Part shown: piece by piece, positions 18,987 through 29,275 of the stretch
Layout: each line of letters starts with the position of its first letter
Numbering within the stretch: position 1 is the stretch's first letter
Origin: a virus
Reading direction: 5' to 3' (one strand)
IMG/VR virus record: IMGVR_UViG_3300025645_000053
Span: 13,924-77,923 of that record
Length of the DNA: 64,000 nucleotides
Made by a program: the position numbers and the translations under genes
Notes under the pieces: model-generated
Database searches by the model: none
What the model was told of the DNA's origin: nothing
What the model saw: the letters and a program-made list of their open reading frames with translations, nothing else

Positions 18987-20509
18987 TTGGCATAATACCT
19001 GCTGCAGGTCGCGGCGTAAGATTCAAAGAACTTGGTAAACAATACAGTAAAACCATTTTACCGTATAAAGAAGTACCTATCCTCATTCATCAAATTAAAT
19101 GGCTAGAGGATTCTGGCTGTAACGATATTAGAGTTGTAGTAAACCATCAAGAAGAAACTGTACACGATATGTTGGCGATGTATGGAAAGACTCAAGTTAA
19201 AGTTGTACGTCAACAAGAACACAATGGTTTATCAGGTGCTATCTTTGCGGCTTTAAAACCAGAAGATAACGATTCGGTATTGATTGTCCTTGGTGATATT
19301 GTTGTTAAGTCGGATGCGTCTAAATATTTCAATGAAAACTTTGTGTCTGTCATTGAAGTAGAAGACTATGCTAGATGGTGTATGGTTCAAACATCAGCGA
19401 ATAAGATTTCTACATTTATTGATAAACCTACGGAACGGCCTGATACCAATCTTGCTTTAAGCGGTGTATATCATATTCTCGATTCGGTTAACTTATATGA
19501 GTTATTACGTGAGCAATTGCAACATGAAGAAACTAAGATCGCAGGCGAATTTCAGTTAAGTGGTGTTTTACAATCAATTGCTGATTGGGATCATATGATA
19601 ACTGTGTCACTTGGGCATATTGACTTTGGGACTCTTGAAGAATACTTAAGTAATCGTTCAGTTAAAAACTCAAGATCTTTTAATAATTTGTACGTCGATG
19701 ATGTAACGGTTCGAAAGTCGTCTGAAACACATGGACAGAAATTAATAGAAGAATTCAATTGGTATAATAACTTGCCCATGGGACTTACATTAAACACGCC
19801 AAGAATGCTGTCACACGAGTTCTTTGATCCGCATCAATGCGTATGTTACGTAATGGAAAAGATATTGGCACCAACGTTCCGCGAAATATATTTGTTTCTT
19901 GATACTTCAACCGAAACTTGGAGAACAATCTTCAATTCATCGTTTAGGCTATTGAACAAGATGGAGTCATATGGACAACCTAACAACTTTATGGACACGG
20001 TTGTTAAAAAGACGGTTTCACGGGTAAACGATATTAATCTTGCAATTAATCACGACATAATAAACAAATTCATTATAACATTAGAAGACGCTGTTGCTAA
20101 ACATGAGCATGTACCAACATTAATGCACGGCGACTTTTGCTTTAGCAATCTGATGTACGATTTCAATTCTGACCGTGTTACTATGATAGATCCAAGAGGT
20201 CAGCTATTTGGCGATCATTATTACGAAGTAGCTAAGTTGATGCATTCAGCGGTATATAATTATGATATCATTGATTCTGAACTCTATGTTAAAAACGGTA
20301 ATGATGTTCGTTTGTATTCAAAGGGTAAAGAAGAGGTTGCGGCTGAGTTCATGCGCATTCTAAAGAATAATTACAGCGATGAAGATATTCGTTACATTAA
20401 GATTATTGTTGCCAGTTTGTTCTTAAGCATGATACCTTTACATTCGCACAGTAAAACTAACCAAGAACAATATTATAAAATATTTAAAGATATCTATTTA
20501 CATTTATAG
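18983..20509 (+). CDS. sugar-phosphate nucleotidyltransferase fused to an APH/choline-kinase-like kinase
   Basis: IPAAGRGVRF...K, LGD; C-terminal HGDFCFSN, IDPRG. Confidence 0.85.
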   Translation: MIGIIPAAGRGVRFKELGKQYSKTILPYKEVPILIHQIKWLEDSGCNDIRVVVNHQEETVHDMLAMYGKTQVKVVRQQEHNGLSGAIFAALKPEDNDSVLIVLGDIVVKSDASKYFNENFVSVIEVEDYARWCMVQTSANKISTFIDKPTERPDTNLALSGVYHILDSVNLYELLREQLQHEETKIAGEFQLSGVLQSIADWDHMITVSLGHIDFGTLEEYLSNRSVKNSRSFNNLYVDDVTVRKSSETHGQKLIEEFNWYNNLPMGLTLNTPRMLSHEFFDPHQCVCYVMEKILAPTFREIYLFLDTSTETWRTIFNSSFRLLNKMESYGQPNNFMDTVVKKTVSRVNDINLAINHDIINKFIITLEDAVAKHEHVPTLMHGDFCFSNLMYDFNSDRVTMIDPRGQLFGDHYYEVAKLMHSAVYNYDIIDSELYVKNGNDVRLYSKGKEEVAAEFMRILKNNYSDEDIRYIKIIVASLFLSMIPLHSHSKTNQEQYYKIFKDIYLHL

Positions 20510-20554
20510 TAAAATTTGATATAATAGCTATCTAATCAACTAAGGGGGAACATT

Positions 20555-21799
20555 ATGGGTCGCACGTACGTGATCGGGAAGATCGGCAAGTCTATAAAAT
20601 TTAAGCCTAGCACGTGGGGTGCTATCGGCGGAGATAATGAAGCACCCACACTATATCTTAAGTTAGCTGAACTTAATCCTGATGATACTTTTATCATGAT
20701 AGGCAAAAGCGATCTTTATAAGATGCGTGGCTTGCCCACAAATCTTCATGATGCCTGGGCACATTACACGAAAGGTGAATCTGATGCCATAGCGTTTATA
20801 ACTAATCATCTGAAGAATACTAAGGTTGATGCTGGAATTATGGTAGCTGGTCCAACTGGCGACGTAAACTTTCAAGAAAGGATATACACTCTATCTTCGA
20901 TTAAAGCAGGTAAACCACAACTAGCCAAAACTCTGTTTATGCACGAGAATTACAGCGGTCCTATTTATGATTATCTTAATGATAGCATGATACCTTGGAT
21001 AATGATTAACAATGATCCGCGGTATTTAAAGCTTGGCCGAGATATGTTTAATATGCCAAAAGAAATACTTTCACAATACGATTCAGCTAAATTGTATCGT
21101 CACATATCTTCATATGAAGACCAAACTCTGTTAGTCGATCATCGAGTACAATATAAGTATGCTGGTGTAGAAAAAGTCTTTCTTATTAATAAAGAATTGG
21201 TTAATATCGAAAAGACTAAGAAGTTTATGGTAGTTCTTAATGAAGGAAGTAATGGTGTTAGTTCGCGCTATAACAAGTTAAAAGAATATGTACTTGACCA
21301 CGTTGAGGACGTTGATATTTATGGCAAATGGGATGAAGACACTGTAAAAGGCGATAAGCGCTTTAAAGGGTCGATTAAGTTTGAGGAACTGCAGCAGATG
21401 TTACCTGAGGTCAAATATTCCTTTATGATATCTATTCGAGACGGTTGGGTTACAATGAAAGTTTGGGAATTGATTAGCAATGGTATTATACCGTTCTTGC
21501 ATCCAAATTATGACGACCAACACCATATTGCAGTACCCGAGTTTTTGAGACTTAGTAAACCTGAAGAGTTACACGAGCGCATTGAGCAACTTGAAAACGA
21601 CCCTGTCTTATATAATAAGATATTACAGGAATGCCAATATCTTATTACACCAGATGATACAAGCGGCAAAGTATTATGCGATAAGATTACTAGTACAATA
21701 AATAACTATCGAAGCTCTACTACAGGAACCAAATCTTATGATGAAGTTCTTCAAGAAATAGCCGATGATAGTAATGATTTAACGCACTTCTTTGGATGA
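20555..21799 (+). CDS. GT-B glycosyltransferase (beta-glucosyltransferase-like)
   Basis: NDPR, VDIYGKW, FKG, TMKVWE, IPF..YD; own promoter. Confidence 0.7.
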   Translation: MGRTYVIGKIGKSIKFKPSTWGAIGGDNEAPTLYLKLAELNPDDTFIMIGKSDLYKMRGLPTNLHDAWAHYTKGESDAIAFITNHLKNTKVDAGIMVAGPTGDVNFQERIYTLSSIKAGKPQLAKTLFMHENYSGPIYDYLNDSMIPWIMINNDPRYLKLGRDMFNMPKEILSQYDSAKLYRHISSYEDQTLLVDHRVQYKYAGVEKVFLINKELVNIEKTKKFMVVLNEGSNGVSSRYNKLKEYVLDHVEDVDIYGKWDEDTVKGDKRFKGSIKFEELQQMLPEVKYSFMISIRDGWVTMKVWELISNGIIPFLHPNYDDQHHIAVPEFLRLSKPEELHERIEQLENDPVLYNKILQECQYLITPDDTSGKVLCDKITSTINNYRSSTTGTKSYDEVLQEIADDSNDLTHFFG

Positions 21800-23031
21800 T
21801 TAATAAAATGAAAAATGATTATAGTTGGGCCCCTCACATACCGCTTATTGGCGGCCTCCCACTTGGCGCAGAAGCAGCACTAGGTAAAGCACCTAAATTT
21901 GTATCAAGTCTTGATGGGTTTTGGGCTAATGATAGTCTTTATATGAACCATCAGAACGAAACGCTGTCTCGTGGAATAGACTACCGACCTTTAGACCCAG
22001 GCGAACGCAGTTTTGTTGAAAAGGTTAACATTGTTGTATCAACACCACCATGCGCAGGTTTATCACAATTGAATACTGGTAAAGCTAACTCTGCAGCAAA
22101 AGGTGCTGATGCCGAAAAGAATCAGTTTATGTACATCGCGGCTGAACAGGCAATGAAGTGTTATGATGCCGATGTAATCGTTGGCGAGAATGCTCCTGCG
22201 CTATATACAAATAAAGGAAAGCCAGTTGCGGATAAGCTTTTACAAATTGCACGTGATAATGGGTATTCTTTCTCATTGTATAAAACAACTACCTCTTTAC
22301 ATGGTATTCCTCAGAATCGCGACCGTACGTTCTACACATTTTGGAAAGGCGATAAAGCACCAATTCAATCATGGTTTAACGAATCACGTAAAAACTTCCC
22401 TGATTACTTGAAAGAAGTAACCAATGAAATGTCTCACCAAAGCGACATTATCAATGATAAAATCGGTACTGGCGAATCGTATTATAACTTCATTCAGTAT
22501 AAGAACCCTGGCGAAAATCCTCGTGATATTGTGATTGCGAATAATTGCTCAACTGCATTCAATTATGTTAGGCGCGGTGGCTTCTTACAGGAAGCGATTG
22601 ACTACTTTGAAGCGATTGATGATACAAAAGGCTTGCATTTAGCAACACATGCTAAAATGAAATTCTCTAAAGGCTTAGGCATTTGGGATGGTTCAACTCA
22701 CGTATTCAATGAATGTATGAATGCATGTATCAGTCGTAACATGAATGATACAATTCATCCAGTGCATGACCGTTCAATGACTATTCGCGAAGCATTACAT
22801 ATGATGGGCTTTCCGCATAACTTCAGTCTCCCTGGTGGAAAACGTAGTGTACCGTTTATTGCTCAAAACGTTCCGGTATGTACTGCAGCGTCAATGGTCG
22901 GTGAAGCAGTTAAGTTTTTAAATGGCGAATTGGAATTATCTGATAGTGATTTTGTTAAACAAAACAATCATCATCAACGAATAGATGCAGGCAATATTGC
23001 AACAAACACATTAGAACAATTCATTGCGTAA
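21796..23031 (+). CDS. atypical C5 cytosine methyltransferase-like protein
   Basis: PPCAGLS, ENAP, HGIPQNRDRTF, RSMTIREA..MGFP; motif I reads PLIGG. Confidence 0.8.
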   Translation: MINKMKNDYSWAPHIPLIGGLPLGAEAALGKAPKFVSSLDGFWANDSLYMNHQNETLSRGIDYRPLDPGERSFVEKVNIVVSTPPCAGLSQLNTGKANSAAKGADAEKNQFMYIAAEQAMKCYDADVIVGENAPALYTNKGKPVADKLLQIARDNGYSFSLYKTTTSLHGIPQNRDRTFYTFWKGDKAPIQSWFNESRKNFPDYLKEVTNEMSHQSDIINDKIGTGESYYNFIQYKNPGENPRDIVIANNCSTAFNYVRRGGFLQEAIDYFEAIDDTKGLHLATHAKMKFSKGLGIWDGSTHVFNECMNACISRNMNDTIHPVHDRSMTIREALHMMGFPHNFSLPGGKRSVPFIAQNVPVCTAASMVGEAVKFLNGELELSDSDFVKQNNHHQRIDAGNIATNTLEQFIA

Positions 23032-23087
23032 ACCATTGACATCAATACAGAACTGTGATATAATTAATTGAATTGGAGTAATACACT

Positions 23088-24029
23088 ATGAAAATATCTT
23101 TAACTATATTTCAGTCTCTGTACGATAACAAAACTCATCGGCAGTTCACGGTTAGCGATTGGCCCGACTTCGTTGAGTTTTTATATACGCTATCTAAAAA
23201 ACCGATAAAGTCAAAAACCGACGCAACACTGATTTCGCCTGCGGTATACAAGGAAGACCGTACTCGAAGTAATGATGCTGTTACGTGTTGGGGTGGTTGG
23301 GCAGCAATGGACGTTGACGCTCATGACTTTACAAATGAAGAACTTCAGGAAACGCTAAAAGCAAAATATGGTCAGTACTCATATGTATGTTATAGTACAG
23401 CAAGTTCATCAATTAAAACCCCTAAGTTCCGCTTAGTATTCAAACTCGACAAAAGAATAGAAAGTCAAAAGATTCGCCAGCTTTGGTATGCACTTAATAC
23501 TGAAATTGGTGAACTAGGCGATCGTCAAACAAAAGACTTAAGCCGCATGTATTATATTCCAGCAACATATGATAATGCAAATAACTTTATCTTTCATAAT
23601 GACGGTAACACTATTCCTACTGAAGAAATAATCAATAAACATCCGCTACCATCACGCAAAACTGGTAAATCGTTTTTTGATAGAATGCCTGAGTCAATGC
23701 AAAAGATGTTTATTGAACATCGTAAAACTCAGCTGAGTAATACATCGTATAGGTGGAATAACTATTCGGATTGTCCGTTTCTATCAAAAAGAATGCTTGA
23801 CTCATACCGAGCTACTACCTATCAAAAAGATTCAGGAAGATACATAAAAATGTACGAAGTTATGGTGCATGTCGCATCAAATGCAATAAAGAAAGAATAC
23901 CCAATAACTGGAGGAGAGATAGTAGATTTGTGTAAACAAATTGATATGGAAACTGGTAACCGCTATGCAAAACGTGCATGGGATACCGAAGCAAACCGAG
24001 CAATTGAATATGCATATAGAAATAATTGA
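23088..24029 (+). CDS. primase-like protein (AEP/prim-pol type)
   Basis: MDVD, YSTASS, PKFRLV, KDLSRMYYIP. Confidence 0.7.
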   Translation: MKISLTIFQSLYDNKTHRQFTVSDWPDFVEFLYTLSKKPIKSKTDATLISPAVYKEDRTRSNDAVTCWGGWAAMDVDAHDFTNEELQETLKAKYGQYSYVCYSTASSSIKTPKFRLVFKLDKRIESQKIRQLWYALNTEIGELGDRQTKDLSRMYYIPATYDNANNFIFHNDGNTIPTEEIINKHPLPSRKTGKSFFDRMPESMQKMFIEHRKTQLSNTSYRWNNYSDCPFLSKRMLDSYRATTYQKDSGRYIKMYEVMVHVASNAIKKEYPITGGEIVDLCKQIDMETGNRYAKRAWDTEANRAIEYAYRNN

Positions 24030-24089
24030 TTGACATTCATGTGTGTTTTTGATATAATAGATCTAAATTAATAAAAGAGGTTTTACTTT

Positions 24090-25142
24090 ATGAGTCTGAT
24101 GGCAAAATTAAAAAAGAGTAGTCGAATCAAAGAAACTGAGATTCTTTCAGAGTCAAAACTATTCAATGAAATGGAAATGACACCAACCGATGTTCCTATG
24201 ATGAACGTTGCGTTAGCAGGTGGCCTTGAGGGCGGTATATCGCCAGGGTTAACGGTTTTTGCAGGACCAAGCAAACACTTTAAGACAAGTTTCTCATTAA
24301 AGATTGCGGCTGCATATCTTGCTGAGCATAAAGACTCGGTAATGATGTTTTATGACTCAGAGTTTGGCTCACCGCAATCGTACTTCGAATCGTTTGGCAT
24401 TGACTTAGATCGAGTTTTACATGTCCCTATCACTGATGTTGAAGAACTTAAATTCGATTTAATACATCAACTTGAAAACATTGAAAAGAAAGACAAAGTT
24501 ATTATCGTAATTGATTCTATCGGTAACCTTGCATCTAAGAAAGAATTGCAAGATGCTAAAGACGCTAAATCAGTTGCTGATATGTCGCGTGCAAAAGCAC
24601 TTAAAGGCTTATTCCGTATGGCAACTCCGTATCTTACAATGCGTAATATTCCAATGCTAGCTATTAACCATACTTATCAGGAAATGGGTTTGTTTCCAAA
24701 GGCTATTGTTAGTGGTGGTACTGGTATTTACTATAGCGCATCAACTATTTGGATACTAGGTCGCCGTCAACAAAAAACCGGTACTGAAGTAACAGGCTAT
24801 GAATTCGTCATTAACGTTGAGAAGTCTCGTTATGTTAAAGAGAAGTCAAAGATACCAATTACCGTTACTTGGGAAGGCGGCATTGAAACTTACTCAGGAT
24901 TGATTGACGTAGCAATGGCTGGTAACTTTGTACAGAAACCTAAGAACGGTTGGTATGCAATTGTTGATCGTGAAACTGGTGAACTAGGTCCAAACAAACG
25001 TCTTAAAGATACTATGAACGCCGAGTTTTGGGATCCATTATTATCATTAACGGCCTTCCAAGAATTTATACGTGGAGTATATAAAATTGGTTATAAGTCT
25101 ACTTTAACTGAAGAGTTCTTAGGTAATACAGTTCAAGAATAA
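24090..25142 (+). CDS. uvsX: RecA-like recombinase UvsX
   Basis: AGPSKHFKT, YDSEFG, DSIGNLAS, SGGTG. Confidence 0.96.
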   Translation: MSLMAKLKKSSRIKETEILSESKLFNEMEMTPTDVPMMNVALAGGLEGGISPGLTVFAGPSKHFKTSFSLKIAAAYLAEHKDSVMMFYDSEFGSPQSYFESFGIDLDRVLHVPITDVEELKFDLIHQLENIEKKDKVIIVIDSIGNLASKKELQDAKDAKSVADMSRAKALKGLFRMATPYLTMRNIPMLAINHTYQEMGLFPKAIVSGGTGIYYSASTIWILGRRQQKTGTEVTGYEFVINVEKSRYVKEKSKIPITVTWEGGIETYSGLIDVAMAGNFVQKPKNGWYAIVDRETGELGPNKRLKDTMNAEFWDPLLSLTAFQEFIRGVYKIGYKSTLTEEFLGNTVQE

Positions 25143-25212
25143 AACTAAAATAACTATTGACATCGACAGGGAAGTCGGATATAATAGTATATTACGAATT
25201 GGGGATACGCTA

Positions 25213-25455
25213 ATGGCATATAGCAGTTTAGGATCATACAAGAATCATCATTACACTATTGATGATCCTATATCTTTACGTAGGGAAGTGCGTGAGCACG
25301 ATACTAATAAATTAGTAGCATTTGTATCAAAGGAAATAGTTGACGCGATGCAAGACGATATTACGTTAAAATTGGAGATTATTAGAAGTGCTGGCATGTT
25401 AACGATTAACCCGTGGTCTTTTGAACCATACACCACAAAAATTGAGGATTTATAA
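25213..25455 (+). CDS. hypothetical protein
   Basis: Own promoter and RBS. Confidence 0.6.
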   Translation: MAYSSLGSYKNHHYTIDDPISLRREVREHDTNKLVAFVSKEIVDAMQDDITLKLEIIRSAGMLTINPWSFEPYTTKIEDL

Positions 25456-25730
25456 TGTACAAGTTTATTGATAGCGACCAATATGATACAATGCCAATAC
25501 AGATAACTGAAGGAGATTTTGCTGATACAGTTTTTCGTTATCATAGTCTAGAAATTACTGAAGAAGAGGACGGCCTGAATATCAGTTACAAATTCGATAT
25601 AATCGAAGGCAGTGAAGAACTCCGCGAAGATGTAAAATTCCATGAGCTGATGAGTGCAACTTTGAATACGATAGTTGAAGCAAGCGCCAAAGAAGCCATT
25701 GAAGCTAAGGAACTTGTTGATGGAAACTGA
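25455..25730 (+). CDS. gp40-like protein
   Basis: Acidic; lies between uvsX and gene 41 as gp40 does in T4. Confidence 0.55.
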   Translation: MYKFIDSDQYDTMPIQITEGDFADTVFRYHSLEITEEEDGLNISYKFDIIEGSEELREDVKFHELMSATLNTIVEASAKEAIEAKELVDGN

Positions 25731-27108
25731 GTTAGAGTCGATGATCCTAAAGAGCCTTATAACTAACGAAGGTTTTACAAGAAGAGTAATCCCGTTTTTA
25801 AAGAAAGAATACTTTGAAGGACGCCATGCCAATATCTTCAATAACATTATTGATTTTGTTGCAAAGTATAATAAGTTGCCTAACATTGAAGCGCTAAGCG
25901 TTGAGCTGCAGTCTGGTGATATATCAGATGGTCAGTATGAAGAATCCGCAATGGCTTTAAATGACCTTAAGAACGTTGATGAAAAGGTTGATGAAACTTG
26001 GTTACTCGACTCAACTGAAAAGTGGTGCCAAGACCGTTCTATTTACCTAGCAATTATGGAATCTATATCAGTTATTGACGGCAAACACAAAACTTTATCA
26101 AAGAATAGTTTACCTGAGTTATTACAAGATGCTTTAGCAGTTTCCTTTGATACCAACATTGGTCATAGTTATCTTGCTGATTCCGACTCTCGGTTTGAGT
26201 TCTATCACAGGAAAGAAGCACGTTTGCCGTTTGATTTAGAAATGATGAATCGTATTACAAAGGGTGGGTTACCTCCAAAAACATTGAACTGTATCATGGC
26301 ATCGTCAGGTGGTGGTAAGTCACTAATGATGACGCATATTGCGGCTGCGGCTATGATGCAAGGCAAAAACGTTCTGTATATTACAATGGAAATGAGTGAA
26401 GAAAGTATAGCACAACGTGTTGATGCAAACATGCTTAATATTTCACTTGATGACTTACTTTTGATGCCTAAGAATCTATACACTGATCGTATGGCAAAAC
26501 TGAATAAAAAAACTAATGGCGAGTTAATCATAAAGGAATATCCAACAAGTTCTGTTCACTGTGGACATTTCCGAGCATTACTTAATGAATTAAAAGTTAA
26601 GAAGAAGTTCGTCCCACAACTCGTAGTTGTTGATTATATTAATATCTGTACAAGTTCAAGATTGAAAGGTGGTGGTATGGATAACTCATACATGTTAATA
26701 AAATCAATAGCTGAAGAATTGCGTGGACTTGCTGTTGAAAATAACTTTCCGATTATAACCGCAACGCAAACAAACAGAGCAGGCTTCGGTGATACTGATG
26801 TTGATATGAATAACGTTTCAGAATCATTTGGTTTACCGGCAACATGTGATATGTTACTTGCATTGATTACAACACCAGAACTTGATGAATTAAACCAAAT
26901 AATGGTAAAACAATTAAAAAATCGTTATGGTGACATTAGCACATATACTCGTTTCATGCTTGGTATTGAACGCGCTAAAATGCGTTTATACGATGCCGAA
27001 GATGACGCTAGTGATGGACTTGTAACAAGCAATTCTGCACCAGTTGCTTCAACTTCACCATTCTCAAAGAAAGAAAAACCACAAGGCTTCCAAGGATTTA
27101 AAGTATAA
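25720..27108 (+). CDS. 41: replicative helicase gp41
   Basis: GGGKS, ITMEM, VDYINI, AEELRGLA, TATQTNR, SESFG, QLKNRY. Confidence 0.96.
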   Translation: METELESMILKSLITNEGFTRRVIPFLKKEYFEGRHANIFNNIIDFVAKYNKLPNIEALSVELQSGDISDGQYEESAMALNDLKNVDEKVDETWLLDSTEKWCQDRSIYLAIMESISVIDGKHKTLSKNSLPELLQDALAVSFDTNIGHSYLADSDSRFEFYHRKEARLPFDLEMMNRITKGGLPPKTLNCIMASSGGGKSLMMTHIAAAAMMQGKNVLYITMEMSEESIAQRVDANMLNISLDDLLLMPKNLYTDRMAKLNKKTNGELIIKEYPTSSVHCGHFRALLNELKVKKKFVPQLVVVDYINICTSSRLKGGGMDNSYMLIKSIAEELRGLAVENNFPIITATQTNRAGFGDTDVDMNNVSESFGLPATCDMLLALITTPELDELNQIMVKQLKNRYGDISTYTRFMLGIERAKMRLYDAEDDASDGLVTSNSAPVASTSPFSKKEKPQGFQGFKV

Positions 27109-27602
27109 TGATAAGAGTAATATTTGCAGTAGAAACTCACATGGGGTATTCTAATAAGGGCACGATGCCTGATTGGAAAAGTACAGCTGACTTTAAGCAT
27201 TTCAAAGAAAGCACTGAAGGTCAGATAGTAGTCATGGGGTCGAAGACATGGGAAGATCCTATGATGAAAAGACCTTTACCTAACCGCATTAATTGTGTTG
27301 TTTCTACACGTGACGATTTGATTAATGCTGATAAAATAAATCATTTAATAAGCAGCCAAGATCTTGTAAGTCAAATGCGATTACTTGAAAAAACGTATCC
27401 AAACAAAGATATCGTAATCATCGGTGGGTGGAATATTATTAGTCAATGTTTACCTGTTATCGAGAAAGTTACTTTAACTGTAATGTATGAAAAATACGAG
27501 ACTGATAAGAGACTTCCTTTGGGTTGGTTAATAGGATACGGTCTAGGTAAAACGTTTAAACTGTCGGATGGCAAAGGAAAAGTGGTTGAGTATATAAAAT
27601 GA
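27108..27602 (+). CDS. frd: dihydrofolate reductase
   Basis: DFKHFK, VMGSKTW, RPLPNR, IIGG. Confidence 0.92.
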   Translation: MIRVIFAVETHMGYSNKGTMPDWKSTADFKHFKESTEGQIVVMGSKTWEDPMMKRPLPNRINCVVSTRDDLINADKINHLISSQDLVSQMRLLEKTYPNKDIVIIGGWNIISQCLPVIEKVTLTVMYEKYETDKRLPLGWLIGYGLGKTFKLSDGKGKVVEYIK

Positions 27603-28591
27603 GAGATTATGATAAAGTACTCAGAAACATATTAGAAAATGGCCAACCAACCGATGATCGTACCGGTGTTGGCACGTTTGCTACATTCGGCGAAAGAATG
27701 GAGTTTGACTTAAACGAAGGGTTTCCTGCTATAACAACAAAACGTTTGGCATGGAAGTCAGTCGTAAGTGAGTTACTTTGGTTCCTTGAAGGATCAGATG
27801 ATGAACGCCGACTCGCTGAAATCCTGTATGATAAGCCTCGAGCAGAACTAGTTGATAAGAAAACTATCTGGACTGATAATGCCGATAATCAAGGTAAAAA
27901 CTTAGGATACATTAATAGCAATAATGCTAAAGGTCTTGGTCCAGTTTATGGCGTTCAATGGACAAGTTGGTATAACGGCGCAACTGACGAGCACCATAAC
28001 CAAATAATTGAGTTGATTGATGGTATTAAGAATGATCCATATTCAAGAAGACATATACTAAATGCTTGGAACGTCTCAAATATACCAAAAGCAGATGATT
28101 TTATGACAAATGAGCCATTGACGAAAGAAGCGTTCTTAGAAAAATTAAAAAATAATAAAGAATTTAATTTGAAATATGGGAAAAGACTAAAACCCGGACG
28201 AAACCCTATGGCATTACCGCCTTGTCATGTTATGGCTCAGTTCCATGTTCAGAATGGTAAGCTAAGTTGTCAGATGTACCAACGGTCGGCTGATATGTTT
28301 TTAGGTATTCCTTTTAATATTGCAAGTTACGCTTTATTAACTCATATGATTGCTAGTATTACTGGATATGAAGTAGGTAAACTGATTATAATAATCGGCG
28401 ATGCTCATATCTATAAGAACCATGTTGAACAAGTTAAAGAACAATTGTCACGTGAGCATTATCCGTTACCTACACTTACAATGCCTGCTTTAGGTCCAAC
28501 TGAAGTTAGCATTTCACGAACTAAAACCGTTGATTACATTCTTGAGAATTATAATCACCATCCAACTATTAAAGCGGAGATGGCCGTATGA
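27599..28591 (+). CDS. td: thymidylate synthase
   Basis: DRTGVGT, ELLWFL, GPVYG, MALPPCH, QRSADMFLGIPFN. Confidence 0.97.
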   Translation: MRDYDKVLRNILENGQPTDDRTGVGTFATFGERMEFDLNEGFPAITTKRLAWKSVVSELLWFLEGSDDERRLAEILYDKPRAELVDKKTIWTDNADNQGKNLGYINSNNAKGLGPVYGVQWTSWYNGATDEHHNQIIELIDGIKNDPYSRRHILNAWNVSNIPKADDFMTNEPLTKEAFLEKLKNNKEFNLKYGKRLKPGRNPMALPPCHVMAQFHVQNGKLSCQMYQRSADMFLGIPFNIASYALLTHMIASITGYEVGKLIIIIGDAHIYKNHVEQVKEQLSREHYPLPTLTMPALGPTEVSISRTKTVDYILENYNHHPTIKAEMAV

Positions 28592-28791
28592 TCGAATATG
28601 GAGTGTATCTAATATTTCTTGTAATAGCTTTAGCATTTACATATAGAAGTGCTAGCAATAAAGCATACAGTTATGGGTTTATTAGAGGCAGTACTGTTGC
28701 CAGCCAACGTTTAATTGGTTTGTTAATTGAGCATGATAAAATAACTGAAGATGAAGTACTGGCTTTTTTGAAATTAATACGAAATAAATAA
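28588..28791 (+). CDS. small membrane-anchored protein
   Basis: N-terminal TM helix; ATGA coupling. Confidence 0.6.
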   Translation: MIEYGVYLIFLVIALAFTYRSASNKAYSYGFIRGSTVASQRLIGLLIEHDKITEDEVLAFLKLIRNK

Positions 28792-28900
28792 ATGAATATG
28801 GATATTCTTTTAAGTTCTAAAAATAATGAAATAAACTATATACATTATCTGTAAATTTGATATAATAGATCTACAAATTGAGTTAAGGAATAAAAACATT

Positions 28901-29149
28901 ATGAAAGATTTAAGAACTGTACTAGACCTAATATGCGAACTTGCTGACAACGATGCCGCTGCTGCTTATCAAATACCTAACGCATCGTTCGATGACGTTT
29001 ACTTTGAAATCCCTTTTGAAAAATTTGAAATGCTATCAGGCTTATCGCTTGAAGCTGCTCAAGACTTAGAATTTAACGAAGAATACCAAGGTTGGGTTGC
29101 TTACGACAAATGCCTAGACGCGGTTGTTCTTGGCGGCGCTGAATGTTAA
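28901..29149 (+). CDS. acidic early hypothetical protein
   Basis: Follows early promoter repeat. Confidence 0.7.
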   Translation: MKDLRTVLDLICELADNDAAAAYQIPNASFDDVYFEIPFEKFEMLSGLSLEAAQDLEFNEEYQGWVAYDKCLDAVVLGGAEC

Positions 29150-29275
29150 AAGGTTTTGAATTAGTAGGAACGGAATATGGATATTCTTTTTTGTTCTAAC
29201 AAAGTTATTGACATGGACGTCAATAGTTGATATAATAGTACCATAAATTGATAAACAAACTAAAGGTAATAAAAC

